Source: Curvularia clavata (taxonomy: Eukaryota). From it: a stretch of 64,000 bases of DNA. The stretch is from NCBI GenBank assembly GCA_023920165.1, contig CP089276.1, positions 3,906,001 to 3,970,000 on the forward strand, given 5' to 3'. Shown here in pieces: positions 32,070 through 45,900 of this stretch (positions are counted from its first letter, which is position 1; each line of letters opens with the position of its first letter). The notes under the pieces were generated by a model. The model was not told the DNA's origin and searched no databases. It saw only the letters and a program-made list of their open reading frames with translations. A program made the position numbers and the translations under genes.

Positions 32070-32916
32070 TCAGGTAGCTCTTTTATCTCCCAGCTCGCTC
32101 CACTCCAACCCTGACTTTCCATTCGTAGACTGGAACCTAGCAGGCATCGGTGATGGTCCCAGGAGTCCAGAGCGATGTTTAATTGGCGAGGAAAGATGCG
32201 CTGGCCCAATTTGATGCAGTAGAAAAGGTGTCGGCGGAATGACTATATCCTGTTTCTGTGAGGTTCCTGGGATCGAAGATGGTATGATTCCATCAGATGC
32301 AATACGTGACGCTCGTCCATGGTCACCAACTGCTTTGTCCAGGCGTGCTTGCAGTGCAAGTGAAGTTGGCACGTCGTGTGGATATGTACATCCAAGAGTA
32401 CTCTCGCCAAAGGTCTCGTCATCATACACCGTGCTACTCCAAAGCAGCGCCTCCCACGGCCACACGAAGCCTTCGTCCTCCCATGGCCAAGAGTGTGTCT
32501 CTTCATATTCGAACACTGCGAAAGCCGCCAATATGAAAGTGCATGCTCCGAGAAAGCCGATCTGTTCTTTATAGTTAGTGAGCCGTGTTGAAGAGATCCG
32601 TGAATAGCTTGGCAGAGGTACGTACTACTGCAGAGCTTAGTTGATCTGGTCGCGGAAACCACCCTGGCTGCTCATACTCGGCAACTGAGACGATGAGTAA
32701 GACGCCGAGAAGGATGCAGGTAAACCGATTTTTTGATAGTTTGGAAAGTATGAGGAGGTATTCTGAACGTATGGAAGTAGGATAGACGAAATCTACCAAT
32801 GATGTGATGGTCTGGCAGAGCAGCTCGGTTGCGGTAGCTGCATTGGACTCTCTATCACCAGTTTGTACTGGGGTTGCATCATGCGGTGCTACTGCAGGCT
32901 TGGTAGGCTCTGCCAT
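32070..32916 (-). CDS. Hypothetical membrane protein, about 260 aa; exons 32916-32626 and 32561-32070
   Basis: Intron 32562-32625 (GTACGT..CTAAC..CAG) joins two ORFs in frame. Two hydrophobic segments (CILLGVLLIVSVA; IGFLGACTFILAAFAVF). No recognised domain. Confidence 0.5.
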
Positions 32917-34590
32917 GATACCGAAGCAACGCGAAGGTTTGGTGTAAGTAAGCGTGAGGTCGAGATGATGGGTGGTTGAGTCGAGCTCGAGGCTCACCTG
33001 CCGATGACGACATTGCAAACAAACAAATGATGATGATGAGAGTGAAATCACAGGAATATATTGTTAGCAATCGCATCGTGAATATGAATTGCTCCACCTC
33101 TGCATGTGATCACAAAATGGCATCTTGAAATCTTTCACAATTGCCATGCACTCAAACTTCATTGCACTAGCTTGAGCTGATGGAAACAAAGATTAGCAAG
33201 TGAAATTTTATTACAACAAACTGGTACAATTTGAAGCATTTTCAGGTTACACGAAGTGGTGTAGTAAATGAGATACAGTGCTCGTGGCACTCTCTGTGGC
33301 TCAAACATTAGGATTTAACTTCCCATCGCTTCGTGACCATTCAAAGTAGATGCCAAACAATGAGCTGACTGGAAACGATACAACGTCCAATATAGTCTTC
33401 CGCTTGTCGTAATGATATATGGTACTGACAATCACATTGACAATACTAGTGTCAGCCTTAACCTCGCTCATGCAGGAGGATTTGCATTAAATGCGTTGTT
33501 TGGGCAAAGGATCCGTTAGCTCGATTGTATCAAACAGTCTTGCAGTATCATCCAATCGTTCTGGTAGACGTTTGCTGCATTCGCGTCCGGGATCGCGATG
33601 GTAGGTAAGGTTTGCTTCATTACAAACGACACATCTGACCGCAGAATTTTCACGCACCGCGCGCAAACGCAGTCGACTAGATGTGCAAACGTAGCCGAAT
33701 ATGCCCAAACGCAGTCGTCGAGATGCATTCGGCGAGATGCGCAAACGCAAACGACTCCACGCACATCATGTGATCAAATAGCGTGTGAAAGGGCTTTCTC
33801 ATACTCGCAACTTAGATGTCTAGCCTACTCTATAGTAGTAAGCACCCATTCTCTACCAGGCTGGAAATATATACGTACGGTTACAGAAAATCTACATTTC
33901 TTACGTTCTTTCTGATTCTCTGGTGCTAATTTCTGCAAGCAAATCAGTATAGAAGATCCCGATGCGCTCGACGAAGCGCAGCAGGTCGTTAGCCGATGTC
34001 ATCCCCATGGCACAAATTTTCCAATTCCGTATTCTCTCTTGCCATTGCTAATGCACATGAACGTCATAGATAACGTACCATGAGGTAATTCCAGTCAGAT
34101 ACTCCCAAGACTGCTGTAACGTCACAGTGACTCATTAAGAACAGGATTGGCGGCACATTCACTCTACGGTCCCATTTGGTTGCGTCTCCCACACTCTCTA
34201 GCTCTAACCAGCCTTCCATGCGCCGCATACTCGAGAAAAGAGGCCTGAGCGGAGTCGACAAAACTGCCTCTACGAAGCGCAAGGTAGCGAAGGGCAAGGC
34301 ATATCACAACAGGGTAATCCTCGCCGCGATACCAAGCAGCAGCATGATTCGTCTGTCAGCTCTCACTTTGCCATGAAGGACGACCCTTGAGTGCAATTCA
34401 GAAGAGCCCCTCGTGAACTGCAAGGCTGGTTTATTCAGCGAAGCGTATGGTCAGTGCAAGAAGATACGACCATGGCTTTCAGGCTTTCACTTCTGAAATT
34501 GGTGGTGTGAGAATAGGTAGCCGACGATGACAACGGCAATTCTCAATGTTGACTACTTGACGTGAAGTCAAGCAGTCCAAAAGAAGTCAG

Positions 34591-36663
34591 ATGGAGAACC
34601 ATGACAAGGCCAATTTCTCATCTCGCTTCCTCACGACTAAAATATACTCTGCGTTCATCGAGTCACTCCAGAACCTAGAGGAGATTGACTACGCACCGAG
34701 ATTCGAGGCAGCATACCCGATAAAAATCGAACATGGACCCCAACGCGAACTCGCATTCCACCTCGTACCAGGACCGCAACTCGAACCACTCTCAAGATCC
34801 CAGAGAGACAACCCCTAAAGCCGCCCGCATCGGAATCTTCAAAGAACCACCTTAGCACTGGTGCCCGGCTCTGAAGTACATGTCACGTATAAACGTCACC
34901 GCCCCATGGCTCAACAGAGAGAAAACGGAAACAGGACTTGTTACCCCGCCTCAACTCAGTCGATACATTTCCTCCCGTCGCTCAGACTCGCATTCGTTAA
35001 AGTTACCGTTACCGTCATCCATATGGATACTCCGCATTTACTGAATGACCCGCCCGAGCCACTATTTGCCATGTAGAGATCCGGGAGGAGGCTGAGAGAA
35101 ATACCTAATAAATGAGAGCACGATTTCAACTGCAAACGCCCACTCTCAGTGCGGCGTCTATGAAGATTCTCCAGGAGAGGACGAAGCCAAAGTCTGCATA
35201 CCCCAGAAGCCGAGATCATTTCCTGTCTTCCCGTTCGTGAACACATGGATGAGTATATGTGTATGCGACATGGAACCATACCCGTGCACACCATATCCTT
35301 CCAGGGATACCGACCCAAGCGCTACATATATAGAGAATTACAGGGAAGAGATCGAGCCAAACCCCGAATAGATGAGAAAAGCTCCTCCCACAAACGCTGC
35401 GCTCAAGCACTTGGTCTACGCGGGATTCTGGGGAGGAAGAAGCCAAAGTTTGCATACTTCAGAATCCGAATGACTTCCATTCGTCTAGTCTTCTGGGCGT
35501 GCATTAGTATATTGGCTGGCGCTACTCCATCGTATACGCCCGGTCTTCGATTCCTGCCAGATCCGACTGAGTGACATGGAAGTACCTATAGAGCTTTCAA
35601 CCGTACAAGACGCCATATATCCTGGACATCAGATGCGATCGATTCCGCCCCGTAGTCTGGACTCGTTGATGCAGTGAGCAACCTGGGCGACATTGTCTAT
35701 GTAAACATGCCTTATATTCGAACATGTTGGCTCATATCTGAGGCAATTCCATGTTGTATTTTCTCGCTTGGACCTGAAGCCATACACATCCTGTGCGCCA
35801 GCGGCATTCTATTTCCTCCCGCTGCTCAGTCCCCAACCGCTACATTGGGTTCCGTCGTCTGTACGAACACTCCAAAAGCATCCAATGGCCCGGCTCAACC
35901 ACCAGGTCTACGTACCCTTTTCGAAAGAAAAAAGGCCAGCAACACTAGCAAGAGCAAAGCCAATTCATATGGCCCTTTATTCGAAGCACCCATTGACATA
36001 GCGCTAACGCGAAGACTACATCATCCATGTCTACACGTTCACCATACGAACGAAACATCTGCGTAGCGGGAATACTTCATATTTTCGAATATGAAAAGAT
36101 GTCACAGAAAACTATATACTCTTGAAGCTTCAACACTTCCACTCGGTTCCGTGTTTGGGTTTTATATTGACACTTCGGCCTCACCAACGTCAACACACTT
36201 TCTCTTTCCACCACAAGCAGCTCATCTGCGTGTCGAGCATACATCGATACTTCAGAGGAGACCGTGCAACCATTCGAATACTTTATACCTTGGTCGAAAA
36301 GGGCACTCCATGTCCTTCTGTGCTTTCAGATACCCGTCGATATAGCGCCAACGTGAAGTTCATTCTATATATGAATACATCATGCCCCTGGAACCTTGCT
36401 GGTATGCGTGCCAGGCATATAGTCACACTTCGAAAGATCAAACAGACCGACGTATATGTACCCTTGGAGCCAGCAGCATTACATTTCCTTCCCGTGCGTT
36501 CACGTACTCACACATCGATAGAGGAAACAGCCTGGAATTCATTGGCTCGTTCTCTCTCTGGAATTTGCGTCTCAAAAACGGCACATCGGCATGTCAGGCA
36601 TATACCGCACTCTTTAGAAGGAAACCAACCCAGATCCCTGCCTCATCAAGCTCATCGGGATGA
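34591..36663 (+). pseudogene. Possible decayed orphan gene (stop-depleted single frame)
   Basis: Six track ORFs share one frame. I count 9 stops in 691 codons. No recognisable domain. Confidence 0.3.
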
Positions 36664-37918
36664 TATTGAAGAGAAACTGCGAGAAATTTACACGTTTAAA
36701 GCGACTTTCCCCCGGGTTTGAATCACTGATGAAGAGTTACCAAGCCGTGGTAAAGACCGTTCATGCTGTCGGCCTAGTTACAGTATCCCTCAACAATTGC
36801 GCTCTCTCGCAGTGGCCAACCTTGTAAGTCTTTTACATCATTTTTTTTAGTAGTCCATACTAATTCAGGCAGTCAAATATGCTCTCTGATCTAACAGTAT
36901 TCCATTTGATACTGTGCTCCAGCTATTCAATCATGAATATCAGAAGCTACATGGAACCACACCTTTCATCCACGACTACACTCATACCATACGATCGGTT
37001 GGTGTCATCTGCGTTCCGGGTGCATACGCGCGTTCACAAAAGCATCGAATCCAATCACCTATATAAGCAACAGCACTTTTTAAGAAGGGGAACGCGATTC
37101 CGGGCATTTCACAAGACCGCACTCGTGCCCCACTCAATTATGGCTTCCCCCTGCGCGGGCGATCATATACATAATTTCCTGGGCTTCATGGCCTGGCGTG
37201 CGACCAGAAGTACAAGTAGGTGAGGACAAAGGGGACCTTGAGATGTAGCCTCTGGCAGGAATCAAACACGGAAGCCATACTGGCCGGGAGGATCCAGGAT
37301 TTTCTAAATGTATAGAGGAGACAGTTCACTCAGACATGACCCCCATCTCAGTCTAGCATCGATGAACCGGAAAAGAAGAAGGGCGATTCGTACACACAAT
37401 GACCAATTTTTATTCCGCACATGTGAAGATTTCCATTTTCCTTTCTGTCTGTCTGGGGGTATTATGAATGCGTTGCATGCGCCGTTAGATATAGTAGCAC
37501 AGTAGAGTAACCAAATCGAAAAAAAAATAAAAAAATCAAGAAACTTCAACTTGCTTGCCCCACACATTATCCTTCCGCAAGATTGTGGGTAATACAAAGA
37601 AGCAGAGCAAAAAACAAAAAAGTGAAGAAGAGATATTAACAAACATTGCTAAGCGGGGGCATATAAAGAAGAAGAAAAAAGAAGAGCTCGCGCGCAATAG
37701 CAAGTCCATGACGAAGATGGCACCAAATCCCTCCCATGTGCAGGCTAGATTAACCAAGCAGAACCAACCCCCTAGGAGCGAGCGGCATGATACACGGCAC
37801 TCCGAACCAGATTCCCAAGCCCTTAATCCCAAACTCCACCTTCCCCAACGCCTCTCCGGATAAAAAAGCGTACATGTAACATATACATCCTTGCAGATAA
37901 ACATGGCATGACATGACT

Positions 37919-40900
37919 TTATTCCTTTTGACCTTCATTGAGCACCAGCTCAACAACCACTTGGCTCCTTTCGTGATACGGATGCTGCAGGCTAAGCTTC
38001 ACCGTCCTATTGTGTGATGAACCGCCGCTCAGGCCGTCATCCAAGCACTTGACTTCGCGGCCAGCAATGACCTGGCGCAATCTGCCGTTCTGCGCGTTGC
38101 GGATCTCGACAAAGTCAGGATCGAATAGCAGCACGTACGGGCCATACATGGCGGCGCTCTTTGCCTTGCCGACGAATTCCATGATGACGGAACGAGAAAT
38201 GTCACCATTCTTGTTGATATATACCGCGCACTCTTCGTAGCAGAGGAGGAATTCCTGGTCTGAGAGGCGGAACATGCCTAGAGGATCTTGGTTCTGTAGT
38301 CGCGAAGCAATGGTAGCGACGTGTGGCTGCTTGAGATCTGGCACCGACCACGGTTGCTTCTTGTCGAGGGTGAGTACCTCGAAGCCCTTTGACGTCGAGA
38401 TGGCAAGAGAAGAGTGGAAGAGATTGATGGTGAAGCACTCGGCTGGGATGTAGAACTCGTCATACTCGCGGAAGAACTCAGTACGGCCCGATTTCCATAT
38501 CCTCGACTTTTTCTCTGTAGACTTCTGGTAGACGGGCTCGAGGACCTTGAAGGTCGACGAGATGCCGTCACGCTTCTTGTAGAAGACCAGCGTCCTGTCT
38601 TTCATCACGCCGGTCGCGAAGAAGCCAATGTCGCGTGCGCCCGACAGCTTTTGAGGAGCGCGTCTGGTCGAGTCGCTTGTAGGAGCTATGCCATTGACTG
38701 GGCATACCGCATCCAAGTGATATGCAATCAACGCTTTGTCGGAGATGAGGAGCATCAGGCTGAATTGCTCGAGCACAGCAATTTGCGTTACTCGTGGTAT
38801 TTGAATAGCCTAAGTTCGTTAGCATCATGGTCATGTGAATATAGATATATTTCCTACCTTTGACCAGCCTCTAGGGTTATCAAACTCCGACACGTATACA
38901 CCAATGTCTGTGCCAACTGCCACCATATGCTTGCCATAGGGCTGGGTGAAAGCTGTAGCACAGTTGACTCTGGCTCGGCAGATTGGTACCGGACGGCCAA
39001 CGTTGACAAAAAGCTTCTCAACCTCGTCCACAGCTCGATCTAAAGGTGTTCCCTTGATGGTAATGGCTTTCTGAGACGGCATGGCGCTGTCATATGCAAA
39101 CGCAGCGTCAGCCATGACGCGTAACCTGAAAGGTTCAGCATTCTGGGCAAAGAGGGCTGCGGCGTGTCGCGTCTTTGCAATGATGAGCTTGTCACACCAT
39201 TCGGCTCGGTTTTGTGCACTCGGAGCATACAACGTATAAGTCTCCTTGCCAAGATGCTTTACTCGGAACGGATACAAAATCTTTTCGTCTTTGCTAGCAT
39301 CACCCAATGGAGCGCTGACGACAGTCTTTCCAGAACCGCTCGTGTTCGAGGATCCGAGAGAAGAGTTGGTAGTGGTGTGTTGCAGACTGCCTGGAGCAGG
39401 GCTGCTGGTAAGGCGCGTACCAGTTCCACCGACTCGGCCAGAGACTGTAGTGACTGTGGATATGCCCTTCATCGTCGAGCGTACGACCGGGTCGTCGTCT
39501 TCGCTTTCAAGAACAAGCAGGTCCATGGGAATTGGCAGTCGAGACACGTCGTATTTCTCAGACTTGGTAACACCATCCGCCTCCCTAAAGGAAACGGTTT
39601 TTGCGAGCACAAGGTAGTGGTCGAAGAGCAGTGCATGCGTCTCAAGCCAATTGAAGCGGCTACCTCCCATTCTTTGCAGATCACCTCGGAAAATCAGTTC
39701 TCGTCCAAGGTGATCCAGGTTGAGCTCTACGCGCTGCATGCCTGGTCGTAAGATAAGCTTGGCTTGCAGATCCGTGAGGCTGACTTTTCGGCCCATCTCA
39801 GCGACACGGCTGTCACACTCCAAAGTTACGGCCTTGATCTCATCCTTGGCAATCTGAAGATTCCTCTTCTCTTCGTTATCCACGATCGAATACTTCAGGA
39901 CCGTGTCCAGGAGCAGGCCGTAACGCTGCAGTCTGTCGATGGGTCCTTTTAGATATGTGTCCCAACCAAGCTTGTTGGAGAGCTTGTTTTTCTGAGCTTC
40001 ATCCAGGAAGGTGCGGAACAGAATGTTCCTATCGGCTTCTTGTCGGACCAGGAAAGATGCGTAAGGGAATGCTGCTGCATACTCAATATAAGCCTGTTTA
40101 GCCTTCCGGATCCATTCTCTGAAAATATCACTGAAACCAACAATCCACGGTCCTTGTTCTTGCTGTCTGTACTTGATTTGCGGGAGAAGATGGTCCTCGT
40201 TCGCCTTCCGTACTGCATCAACTTTGCCGAAAACGTCGCGAATGAACCGGTCAAGTTTCTTTGGGCCAATGATAGGCGGTTGGGCTGCCTTTAATCGGTC
40301 ACGGTATAGATGACGCAGCACATCCAGTCGGTTCATATAGTTGTCCTCTCCCTGCACAATTTCGTGTAGGATGTTCTGACGCTCGATCTCTTTCTTGTTG
40401 GCACCTTCGATATCCTCCTTCTTTAGCTTGTAGAATGTAGCCCAATCTTCTGACCGAGGTGCGGCGGACGGGGCATGGAGGTCGATCTTTTTGAGTGTCC
40501 GTTGGCAGTGATGCGAGTAACAGCGGCCAGGACTGACGTGGGTGTGCAACATGGGCGCATAACAGCCAGCCCCTGTGAGCTGGAATATTACTCCCGTCAT
40601 GCTTTCTGAAGAGAACTTGAGCCACTCTTCTTCGTGCACCAGAGTTCCAGCTTTGTACATTTCCGCAACCACTCGACTGCTTAAAGTTTCCGCATCGGCG
40701 ATGTTCATAGTTGGGACCTTGTGGGTGAATAGTGCAATCAGACCTTCCTGGATGGGGCCCTCCTTCAGGTCATTCTCGCCCTCAGTCATGCTCTTGAGCC
40801 AAGCAATGATTGAGCTGAGTGCCCATGGCTCGGTGCATTTCTTGAAATCGATGCTAGACAGCTTAGCAGGATTGAAGCGCTTGCCAGCTGGGATTGTCGG

Positions 40901-42961
40901 CAAGTCGATAGCTACAGCTTCAGTGCTGCCCGGGGTTAGTGTATTGCCATCGCTGTCCATAGCATTGCCGTAGAAGGTGTTGCGGCTGCCTCGAGGTCGG
41001 TGCCCCTGCTCAGCATCCGTTTTGGACCTCGGCAGAGGTATGGCATCTCGAGCGTTGCTGTGCTGCAGGAGTGACGTTGAACGAGGAACAAGAGTACCAT
41101 TGGGCGATACCATGTGCACAGCATTAGGGTCAGTAGGGTACGAGTCGCGGGATGACGGGGCGTTGCGCCAGTATTCGTAGGATCCCGACCCAGCAGAACT
41201 GTTGCTTTGGTGGTTTGCTCGTCGGGTGTTGGTGTTGACTGGAGGGGGCGGCAGAGGGCGGTTTGAGATTCCAGGGTGGTAGAACATGTCTGGTGGTTCG
41301 CCAGGCATAGCTGAGGAAGGTCCCATAAGAGTTGAGCCGGATATAGCAGACGCGCTATCCATGAGGGTGACCTCATCGCCTTCATCGTAGCTCCGCCTTC
41401 GCGCACTAGGTTCTTCAAGTCCACCCGTACCAAAAGCATCGACACGCGCATTGTGCGAAAAGGACGGGAATGGATGAATCGAATCATACTCTTCGCCGTG
41501 GTGTTCTGATCGGCGCTGCGAGCCCAACGTTGACGAAGGGTAACTGCTTCCTGCTGCCAATTGACTCGGGTCTCCGCCATAGTTAAACGACGGCATAAAC
41601 CCACCACCATACGTGCCGACGTCCATACCCACGTATTCGGTGTCGCTGGCGCTTGCTTCTTTTGCAGGCTCCACGGGCATCTGTGGTGAATGTACAGACG
41701 TGTAGTTGCTGAACAGTCCGCTGCCGCCACTTGCTCTCCGGGCTTCATCTGCCCTCTCTTGTTCCTCAGCCATCTGGAGCGCAGCGAGACCAGCAGCAGC
41801 TTCCACATCACTCTCGTCGCTAGCGTAGGTCTCACGTCCAGGATGTGTGCCTCTTTGGCTACCATTCATGCCATTCCGTCCAGATGTGTGGTAATCTGTG
41901 TGGTAATATTGGCCGTTGGGTTGCTGGTCATAGGCCCCACCGTTACCACCTCCTGTCATACTCAAGACGTCGTTAAAAAGCTCATCTTGGTATCCGTTTT
42001 GTGACGCAAAGTATTCGTCGCTGTCAGACTCGTGAGGTGGCGGCGGGGGCAAGGGCCGCGAAGACACGGTGTTGGTTCGCTGAGGTGAGCCGTGGGGCGG
42101 AACTTCGGGAGTCGGAGGGAGGGTGTTCGACTGGTGACTCCCATATCTGTCGTTACGCTGTGAGCCATAGCCAGTGTCGTAAACCGGTGGAGAGGGTAGC
42201 GGGGCATGCGAGGCGCTTGAGGAATAATACCCCGAGGATGCGTTCGAGGCATGTCGAGAAGGTCGGCTGCTCCATTCGTCACCAGTAAGCTGATTGCTTC
42301 CAGGAGGCACAGGCAATGGTGGCGGTGCAGGTGTTGTGTAAGACGAAGCCCCTCTTTGGACAGAGCTCGTTCTTCCAAATTGCGAATGCTGGTACGAAGA
42401 CGGCGAGGGATACGAGGTAGTAGGGGAGGTGGGAGAGAGAGCGTAGGACTGGTTAACTGTATTGGTCCTAGAGAGATTGTTGTTCGCATAGGCGGCTGGG
42501 TTGTAGGGCTGGTGCGACGCTGTTGTGGAGACGGCGGGTGCAAAGGACCTGCTCACGCCACCGTAATGTTGGGGGTTGGGCAGAGCAATGGGCTGCGTGT
42601 TGTAGTTTTGAGGGTTGTACTCGAGCTGCTGTCGCTGTGGTGGGTAGCCATAGGCGGCGCCGCCGTACCCACCGGTTGTTGGCGACATTGGACCCTGACT
42701 GACATGCGGGGAGTTTGCCGTGGCCATGAACAGCTCGTCATTCTGGCGCGCAGCAACACTATTGCGCCGCTCAGGCTGGGGGTATCCGTAGCCATAGTCT
42801 GAGCCTGCGCCAGCACCTGCAGCGCCTCCATTTGCAGCATCGCCGTGGTCAGCGCCTGACGAGGAGCGGTGGTAGGGGTCGTGGTACTGGGCCGAAGCGC
42901 CAACGCTCGAGTGTGGGATGTTTGGGTTGTAGTAGTTTTGGCCGTTCCCGTAGTACGACAT
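37919..42961 (-). CDS. Rho guanine nucleotide exchange factor with DH-PH-CNH domains (Rom2/Tus1/Rgf family, probably Rgf3/Tus1-like), about 1664 aa; exons 42961-38858 and 38809-37919
   Basis: Low-complexity N-terminus, DH ([25 protein letters not shown]), PH ([16 protein letters not shown]), CNH C-terminus. Intron 38810-38857 restores the frame. Confidence 0.93.
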
Positions 42962-45900
42962 GGTGGCAGGCGTGTGCGAAAATGTCTAGGTAGGCGCAAT
43001 GGGATCCGATATGGTCAGAAGCGTCATTCACGAGGCTACCTGGTGAGGTTGCGCAGGCACCATGACCGGGGCGTCTAAGCTGAGCGATGGGGGTTCAGCA
43101 GCGTGGCCGCGCGAGAGGGACGGAGAAGCAGAAGAGGCTGCTGCTGCTTGCGACGAGGGAGACGGGCGTGAGCTCGCATGCGCTGGGCGCGAATGTCTGG
43201 GGGGCAAAAGTGTGGAATGAGGGACGCGGGCAGAGCTGCTTGTCGCCCTGTGCGTCGATGGCAGCGGTCGGGGGCGAATCGTCCAATGTCGTTTGCGTGG
43301 CAGTAGCGCGGGGAAGGGGTCGCGCAGCGCTGTTGCTTCAAGACTGCAGTCAACCGCTGGCGGACGTGGGGATGGAAAAGAGGGTTGCGATTGCAATGGG
43401 GCTGTGGTGCCAAAATGGCCTTGCTGCGGTTGCGTATTTGCCGGCACTGTTGACGCCCGCGTAGTCGCAATCGTACCAGATGATAGGCAGGCCATGTGAG
43501 GGAGCCAAGAGGCGCCGGGGGACAGCGTGCAGCCCCTGGACTCGGGCCGCGACAGGTGAAGAGCCTCGCCCGCTACATTCATCACCACATGCGCTGTTGA
43601 CTTGTCTCAGTCCAACCCTCAGCTGCAGTTTATCATCATGCCTGGTGCTTGCTAACATGGAGTCGTGTGTCAAGTCGGGCGTCCTCTGGAACTCATGCTT
43701 ACCCCGCATGTGAGCCCTACTACGACATTCTTTGTCTCTCGCCCATGTCATATCCAGGGTCTGATAATAGCGTCCACGATCTGTCATTTGTCTCTGGGGG
43801 GCATGTGTCCTTTTTTTCTTGCTTTCCTCTGACATTTCTCTCACTTCCGTCGTACTGCCATGCACCACCAACTTGGGTTTGCAGGTAGATCACCGTATGT
43901 CGTTTCTGGAAATCCCACCATGAGAACTCAGGGTTTGGGGGGAATCCCACTAGGGGTCGACGATTATGCATACTGCATCAGCGGCCGACCCAGGGAAAAC
44001 GAAAATAGCGGCAAGGTTGTTCTTATGCGTGTAGCAGCAGCGTCCCTGAACTTCTCTATATAAGGAAGGCCGACGGATGGAGGACCTTGACACGGTTTGC
44101 TACAGGATCATTATGTTGACAGAACATGCCTGGAAAGTCGTTGCTCCAGCCGTGCATGGGATGTTTCTCTGCCGACTGTGGCTTCTAGGAGAAGATGGAG
44201 CCCTGGTCATACGACTTCTCGTATCCACCCGAGATATATGAACACCTGGTACTCACAAGCACGACATCGACTTTATCGCCAAGTACATCAAACTACGATA
44301 CTGCATTCAACATTCAGAGTGAGTGTTGCTGCATAGCCCGGGCAATGTCGAATTCAGGTCCTAAAAAGGGATGTTATGTTCGACGGGAGCGTCAACTTCT
44401 TCAACCTCTTCGACTTCATAGGTGCCTTTGATAATTGCAATGGCCTGTCTTTCTACATTGAATGATTGCGAGCAACTCATTCAGCTTGTGCCTAGAGGAA
44501 AACTGAAAACGCTCCGGCGGGCGAGTAGCAGTCAGTGGTGCCAGAGCTCTGGGTTAGAGATCTGCCGCGATCCATACAGGTGGCTCGATCCAGTGGTACA
44601 AATTCTTCACCCGGATGGACCCGACAGCTTCATGCAAGCGGGGACAGGAAGAATGATGGAAACTTCTGATTCCAGCTTTTGGCTATTGAAAATGTGGTAC
44701 ACACATTTATGCTTGCTAGAACGGCGCGAATCTCGGGGGTCCGAAGAAACCCCTAGAGTGTTGTGAGCAGATTGAGAACGAGTTCATTCAGCACTTCAAC
44801 TTCATCATCAACAGCATCGAAAAAGCCAGGCTGGCGCGCGATTACGCTAATACTAAAATCCAGTAGTTAGGCTCAACAAAGATTTTCTAGAAAACGGCAA
44901 TCATGGCTTGTCGCCCAATACCAGCACACGGGTATCGTGAAGGTCTCAGGGCCGAGAGCTCAACCATGCTCAGGCACCCCATGGACTGCATCATGCCAAC
45001 CAGATTCGACCCAGACCAAGGAAACAGACATGACGTGGACATGACCATGTATACGCCGTAGGCTGTTTACCCCGCTTCCGCTTGAATCCTGGAGTGTGGA
45101 GAATCGGGCTTACTTTTTGTGTCCTGGAGCAGGGACACGCAATTTTCCCAAACACCTGCTCTTTCTGTGGGCCGTAACAGAGCACTGGGTCACGGCTCCC
45201 TATGCCCCTGATAGAACAAGAGACGCGATGCCTGCTAGACGCCATTACGAAATGCCAAGTCAAGGACACCAAGACGCTTGTGCCAAAACTCGTGGCGGCG
45301 CAGCATTGTGGACAAGATGCAGATCTCTTTCTCGAAGGCACAGCGCGGCAGTCGCCGATTGTGGTTCCGCAGTGGCAAAAACTGATAAATAGGTCGTGAT
45401 CCACTGCGGTTCGAAATCTTAGTTTGTGAAAAAGCTGGAGAGACGGTATTGGAAGACTATGGTGCGACAGGGCAGGCACATGTTTGCATCCATACTACTG
45501 GGTAGCGGATGCCAAGTGCGTGAATTTAACAGAAGAGATACATAGTATTACGAAATCTTGAGCAGTTTGGATGGGCACGGACGTCACGTGCTGCCTTGGA
45601 CGATGAAAGCAAAAGCTTGGCGAAATCACGACAAGAGATAAGTATTTGCCCGAGATAGCGCGCGAGTAGCCAAGCCACGGAGCAGAAGGCTTGGACGAGG
45701 CGTATTTTCTTTGCAACCCTAAACGGATGCATGGTAGGACCAGATCAGCCTGTCCAGACCTGGTGTGACCGGTGGCAGGGTGTCAGCCTGACGAGCAAGG
45801 AGGATGTCGGGATTGTCGCATTCATGGTCGCCAGCTGATAACAAGACGACCTGTTACCCGGAGGTCGGAGTCGCAGCCATGGAGGCAGTTTTGGCTAGAG

